DNA of 64,000 nucleotides from Escherichia coli (GTDB lineage Bacteria; Pseudomonadota; Gammaproteobacteria; Enterobacterales; Enterobacteriaceae): NCBI RefSeq assembly GCF_003790525.1, contig NZ_CP033635.1; one strand, 5' to 3'. Shown piece by piece: positions 60,277 to 64,000 of this stretch (position 1 is its first letter; each line of letters starts with the position of its first letter). The notes under the pieces were generated by a model. It saw only the letters and a program-made list of their open reading frames with translations, ran no database searches and was not told where the DNA came from. The position numbers and the translations under genes were made by a program.

Positions 60277-62451
60277 ATGCTGCGATGGACACGCTGTATT
60301 ATGCTAACATTTATCTCTGGGGCTGCTTTTGCGGCTCCAGAGATAAATGTTGAGCATAAAGAATCATTACCTGATTTAGGTAGTCAGGCCGCACAACAAG
60401 AAGAACAAACCAACAAGGGGAAATCGCTAAAAGAGCGTGGTGCCGATTACGTCATTAACTCCGCTACGCAAGGGTTTGAAAACCTGACACCCGAGGCGCT
60501 GGAGTCCCAGGCCAGAAGCTATCTGCAAAGTCAAATTACCTCTACGACACAATCTTATATTGAGGATACACTCTCCCCCTACGGTAAGGTTCGAACGAAT
60601 CTTTCTCTTGGCCAGGGCGGCGATCTGGATGGCAGTTCCATCGACTATTTTGTTCCCTGGTATGATAATCAAACTACTGTTTATTTCAGCCAATTTTCTG
60701 CACAACGAAAAGAAGATCGTACGATCGGGAATATTGGGCTTGGTGTAAGACATAATTTTGATAAATGGTTGTTGGGTGGAAATATATTTTATGATTATGA
60801 TTTTACCCGTGGGCATCGCCGTTTAGGTTTAGGTGTCGAAGCGTGGACTGATTATTTAAAATTCTCTGGCAACTATTATCACCCGCTTTCTGACTGGAAA
60901 GACTCCGAAGATTTCGATTTTTATGAGGAGCGTCCTGCGCGCGGCTGGGATATTCGCGCCGAAGCCTGGCTTCCCGCTTATCCGCAGCTTGGTGGTAAAA
61001 TTGTTTTCGAACAGTATTACGGTAATGAAGTCGCGCTTTTTGGCACTGATAATCTGGAGAAAGATCCCTTCGCTGTCACGCTGGGTGTGAAATACCAGCC
61101 CGTTCCGCTCATTGCTGTCGGTACAGATTTCAAAGCTGGCACTGGCGATAATACCGATCTTTCTGTTAACGCAACGCTTAATTATCAGTTTGGCGTCCCG
61201 CTCAAAGACCAGCTTGATCCTGACAAAGTGAGCGCTGCTCACTCGCTTATGGGCAGCCGTCATGACTTTGTTGAACGTAACAACTTTATTGTTCTGGAAT
61301 ACAAAGAAAAAGATCCCCTCGACGTCACTTTGTGGCTGAAAGCCGACGCCACGAATGAACATCCCGAGTGCGTGATTAAAGATACGCCTGAAGAAGCTAT
61401 CGGGCTGGAAAAATGTAAATGGACCATTAACGCGCTCATTAACCATCACTACAAAATCGTCGCTGCCTCCTGGCAGGCGAAAAACAATGCTGCACGTACG
61501 CTGGTGATGCCGGTTATCAAAGAAAACACGCTTACCGAAGGTAACAACAACCACTGGAATCTGGTGCTGCCTGCCTGGCAGTACAGTTCTGATAAAGCCG
61601 AACAAGAAAAACTCAATACCTGGCGGGTTCGTCTGGCGCTGGAAGATGAAAAAGGTAATCGACAGAATTCCGGCGTGGTGGAAATCACCGTTCAGCAGGA
61701 TCGCAAAATTGAGCTCATCGTTAACAACATCGCCGATGTACCAGATGAGAACAATCACAGTCATGAAGCCAGCGCACAGGCCGATGGTGTAGATGGTGTG
61801 GTGATGGATCTCGATATTACTGATAGCTTTGGCGACAACACTGACCGCAACGGTAATGTCTTGCCGCAGGATAATCTCAACCCGCAGTTGTTTGACGCCA
61901 ACGATAAAAAAGTGACGCTGACGAATAAACCCTGCACTACCGAGACTCCCTGTGTCTTTATCGCCAAACAAGATAAAGAAAAGGGGACCGTTACGCTCTC
62001 CAGTACATTGCCTGGCACCTTCCGTTGGAAGGCGAAAGCCGCTCCCTATGATGACAGTAACTATGTTGACGTAACGTTCCTGGGTTCTGACATCGGCGGG
62101 CTGAATGCCTTTATCTATCGTGTTGGTGCGGCTAAGCCCGTGAATCTTATCGGCAATAAAGAGCCGTTGCCTCTCAATAGCAGCTATCGCTTTGTGTTGT
62201 GGCGTGACGCTAACAAAGACGGCGTGTTCCAGCTATCAGAGAAATTCACTGAAGAGGAGATGAAACAGTATGACTATCAGTGGGAATTCACGGGACATAG
62301 CGTGAATGGCAATACCGGTGCGCAAGCCAATACCACTAACGCCGATATAGAGATCCCGGCAACGAACAAGGACGCGGCAACGAAGTTTAGTGCCCAGGTA
62401 ACCGATGGCGTGCAGGGATACGGTTTGCAGGTCAATTACAGCAAGAAATAG
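60277..62451 (+). CDS. sinH: Inverse autotransporter (intimin/invasin-family) adhesin, SinH-like, about 724 aa
   Basis: Signal peptide MLRWTRCIMLTFISGAAFA; aromatic-rich alternating beta-strand region (residues ~100-330) typical of the inverse-autotransporter barrel; C-terminal Ig-like passenger repeats; RBS aggaaaag before ATG 60277; no K-12 counterpart at this position. Confidence 0.8.
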   Translation: MLRWTRCIMLTFISGAAFAAPEINVEHKESLPDLGSQAAQQEEQTNKGKSLKERGADYVINSATQGFENLTPEALESQARSYLQSQITSTTQSYIEDTLSPYGKVRTNLSLGQGGDLDGSSIDYFVPWYDNQTTVYFSQFSAQRKEDRTIGNIGLGVRHNFDKWLLGGNIFYDYDFTRGHRRLGLGVEAWTDYLKFSGNYYHPLSDWKDSEDFDFYEERPARGWDIRAEAWLPAYPQLGGKIVFEQYYGNEVALFGTDNLEKDPFAVTLGVKYQPVPLIAVGTDFKAGTGDNTDLSVNATLNYQFGVPLKDQLDPDKVSAAHSLMGSRHDFVERNNFIVLEYKEKDPLDVTLWLKADATNEHPECVIKDTPEEAIGLEKCKWTINALINHHYKIVAASWQAKNNAARTLVMPVIKENTLTEGNNNHWNLVLPAWQYSSDKAEQEKLNTWRVRLALEDEKGNRQNSGVVEITVQQDRKIELIVNNIADVPDENNHSHEASAQADGVDGVVMDLDITDSFGDNTDRNGNVLPQDNLNPQLFDANDKKVTLTNKPCTTETPCVFIAKQDKEKGTVTLSSTLPGTFRWKAKAAPYDDSNYVDVTFLGSDIGGLNAFIYRVGAAKPVNLIGNKEPLPLNSSYRFVLWRDANKDGVFQLSEKFTEEEMKQYDYQWEFTGHSVNGNTGAQANTTNADIEIPATNKDAATKFSAQVTDGVQGYGLQVNYSKK

Positions 62452-62506
62452 GATCAGCGCCATGGCTGATCGGGCCACCGCTGAATGTTAACCAAGGAGA
62501 GTGTTT

Positions 62507-63499
62507 ATGAAACCTCATATGAAACGTGGCCTGACAAGAGTCGCGCTGGCACTGATGCTGGCTGGATACTGTGCCGTGCCAGCCGCTATGGCGGAAGATG
62601 CCGCCTGGGTAGCCAGTGGGACGACCGCTGAATTCGAAGGGACCATACCCTGGCTTTATCGCGAGGGTGGGAATGCCACGATTAACTCGGATGATGCGGA
62701 TCACATCAAAGTAACGTCTGATGGTAAAGGTACTCGTCCTTCAGGTAGCGAGACGGATAAACGCCTTTACTCAGGAGATACCATCACGTTGGGGTGGGAT
62801 ATCGGCGATACCGAAGGGGATATCGACGATGGTCCAGACGGTATTGATGCGAAAACGACAGCCACTATCAAATGGTACAGTTACAGCGATAATGCGGGTG
62901 GCGGTAAAACGGAGCTGACCGCAGCGGCAGGCAAGACGAGTTATAAACTCACTGATGACGAACGTGGGCGTTATATCGGTGTTGAAATCCAGCCCATCAC
63001 CCAGACCGGTAATCCTTTCCAGGGAACATCGCTGACTCTGCTGGATATTTCAACGGCCAGCGGTGGCGGCAGCGATACGGATAATGTTGATCCTGGCCCG
63101 GTTGTGAACCAGAACCTGAAAGTTGCCATCTTCGAGAAAGGCACCAGTACCAACCTTATCGGTGGTAATACAGCCATTGCGCTTAACAAAACGTATGTGG
63201 CCAAACTGTACTCGGATGAAAACCAGAATGGTAAGTACGATGCGGGTACGGATGTGGACGTTACCGCTAACTACGACTTTGCGTGGGTCTTTAACGGTAA
63301 CAGTAAACAACTTGCGGCGGCGGGCGGTATTGCCAACGCCAGCTTCGATAACAATGACATTGTTATTCCGCAAACTAACGAACAAGCAAGAACCAGCCTT
63401 AACGGTAGTGACCGTAATGGTAAGACCGGCCTTGCAATCCCGGCAAACGGCGACGGCGTTCAGGGCTATACGCTGTCTATCATTTACAAACACCACTAA
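62507..63499 (+). CDS. sinI: Secreted Ig-like domain protein paralogous to the SinH passenger region, SinI-like, about 330 aa
   Basis: RBS aaggagag then ATG; signal peptide MKPHMKRGLTRVALALMLAGYCAVPAAMA; C-terminal block shares motifs with the SinH C-terminus (NLIG, YD[YF]xW[EV]F, DGVQGY). Confidence 0.75.
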   Translation: MKPHMKRGLTRVALALMLAGYCAVPAAMAEDAAWVASGTTAEFEGTIPWLYREGGNATINSDDADHIKVTSDGKGTRPSGSETDKRLYSGDTITLGWDIGDTEGDIDDGPDGIDAKTTATIKWYSYSDNAGGGKTELTAAAGKTSYKLTDDERGRYIGVEIQPITQTGNPFQGTSLTLLDISTASGGGSDTDNVDPGPVVNQNLKVAIFEKGTSTNLIGGNTAIALNKTYVAKLYSDENQNGKYDAGTDVDVTANYDFAWVFNGNSKQLAAAGGIANASFDNNDIVIPQTNEQARTSLNGSDRNGKTGLAIPANGDGVQGYTLSIIYKHH

Positions 63500-63506
63500 T
63501 GCGCAC

Positions 63507-63536
63507 AACAGCATTCCCGTATGGGAATGCTGTTTT
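63507..63536 (+). terminator. Probable intrinsic terminator after sinI
   Basis: acagcattccc-gtat-gggaatgctgt perfect 11-bp stem followed by tttcc. Confidence 0.6.
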
Positions 63537-63608
63537 CCGCCTGTTTTGCTTAGCGACGCGTTAAGCAAAACGGGTTGACGTTTTGTTTATCATGCTGGAG
63601 TTTTCTAC

Positions 63609-64000
63609 ATGTCGGTATGTCTGAAACCAGGAAAAATCATTGTGCTTCTGGGCATGTTGGCAGCCTTTATGCTGTCTGACTTTGCACGGGCAGGAGTGGA
63701 ATGGCAGACATATCCTGGTTCTACAGGCGAGTTTAACGGTACAGTTCCTATTGCCGATAGCGCTAGCGTACCCGTTTATCAGGGAAGCGTTCAGCTTGAT
63801 CCTGCTGCATCTCATGATGTGGCGTTTTCTGCTAAACCGAATGAATTTAGCGTTGACGATGACGCTGCTAACCTGATAGTCGCTAATCCTCAGGACAGTG
63901 AAGGCGACCAGTTTTCCACACCACCTGCGCTGCGCTGGGAAAACCAGACGCCGCCGACCGTCAGTCTGGTGTGGGCGGATGCCGCCACGCCGGATACGCC
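63609..64000 (+). CDS. ratA: N-terminus of a secreted Ig-like repeat protein, RatA-like (runs past window end)
   Basis: Open frame from ATG 63609 with no stop to window end; signal peptide MSVCLKPGKIIVLLGMLAAFMLSDFARA; GSTGEFNGTVP motif resembles GTTAEFEGTIP in SinI. Confidence 0.65.
   Translation, partial: MSVCLKPGKIIVLLGMLAAFMLSDFARAGVEWQTYPGSTGEFNGTVPIADSASVPVYQGSVQLDPAASHDVAFSAKPNEFSVDDDAANLIVANPQDSEGDQFSTPPALRWENQTPPTVSLVWADAATPDT

Noticed and set aside
60856..61971. 371-aa ORF antisense to sinH
   Set aside because: No RBS, no recognisable domain, fully embedded in the opposite-strand sinH frame, which has clear signal-peptide and barrel features. Treated as a chance open frame.

Overview
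Escherichia coli-type chromosomal window, identified by reading translations and motifs only; no database search or computation was run. Gene content and order match the E. coli K-12 57-58 min region read in reverse orientation: mltF (partial) - purL - glmY sRNA - glrK-qseG-glrR - glnB - hmp - glyA - yphH / yphGFEDCB - yphA - hcaDBCFE / hcaR / hcaT - csiE - yfhR - suhB - trmJ - iscRSUA-hscBA-fdx-iscX - pepB - sseB - ryfA-like intergenic region - sseA - yfhM-pbpC - ndk - rlmN - rodZ - ispG - hisS - yfgM - bamB - der - yfgJ. The last ~3.9 kb (60068-64000) is not K-12-like: an AT-rich leader followed by an inverse-autotransporter adhesin gene (SinH-type), a small secreted paralogue (SinI-type) and the start of a RatA-type gene. 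This island and the uncharacterised yph sugar locus are the parts most worth follow-up; I did not find a clearly novel system beyond them. No rRNA, tRNA, CRISPR array, IS element or prophage was seen. Many ORF-track entries are over-extended at the N-terminus (the track takes the longest ATG/GTG/TTG start), so starts were trimmed to the start matching the length I recall for the K-12 protein.
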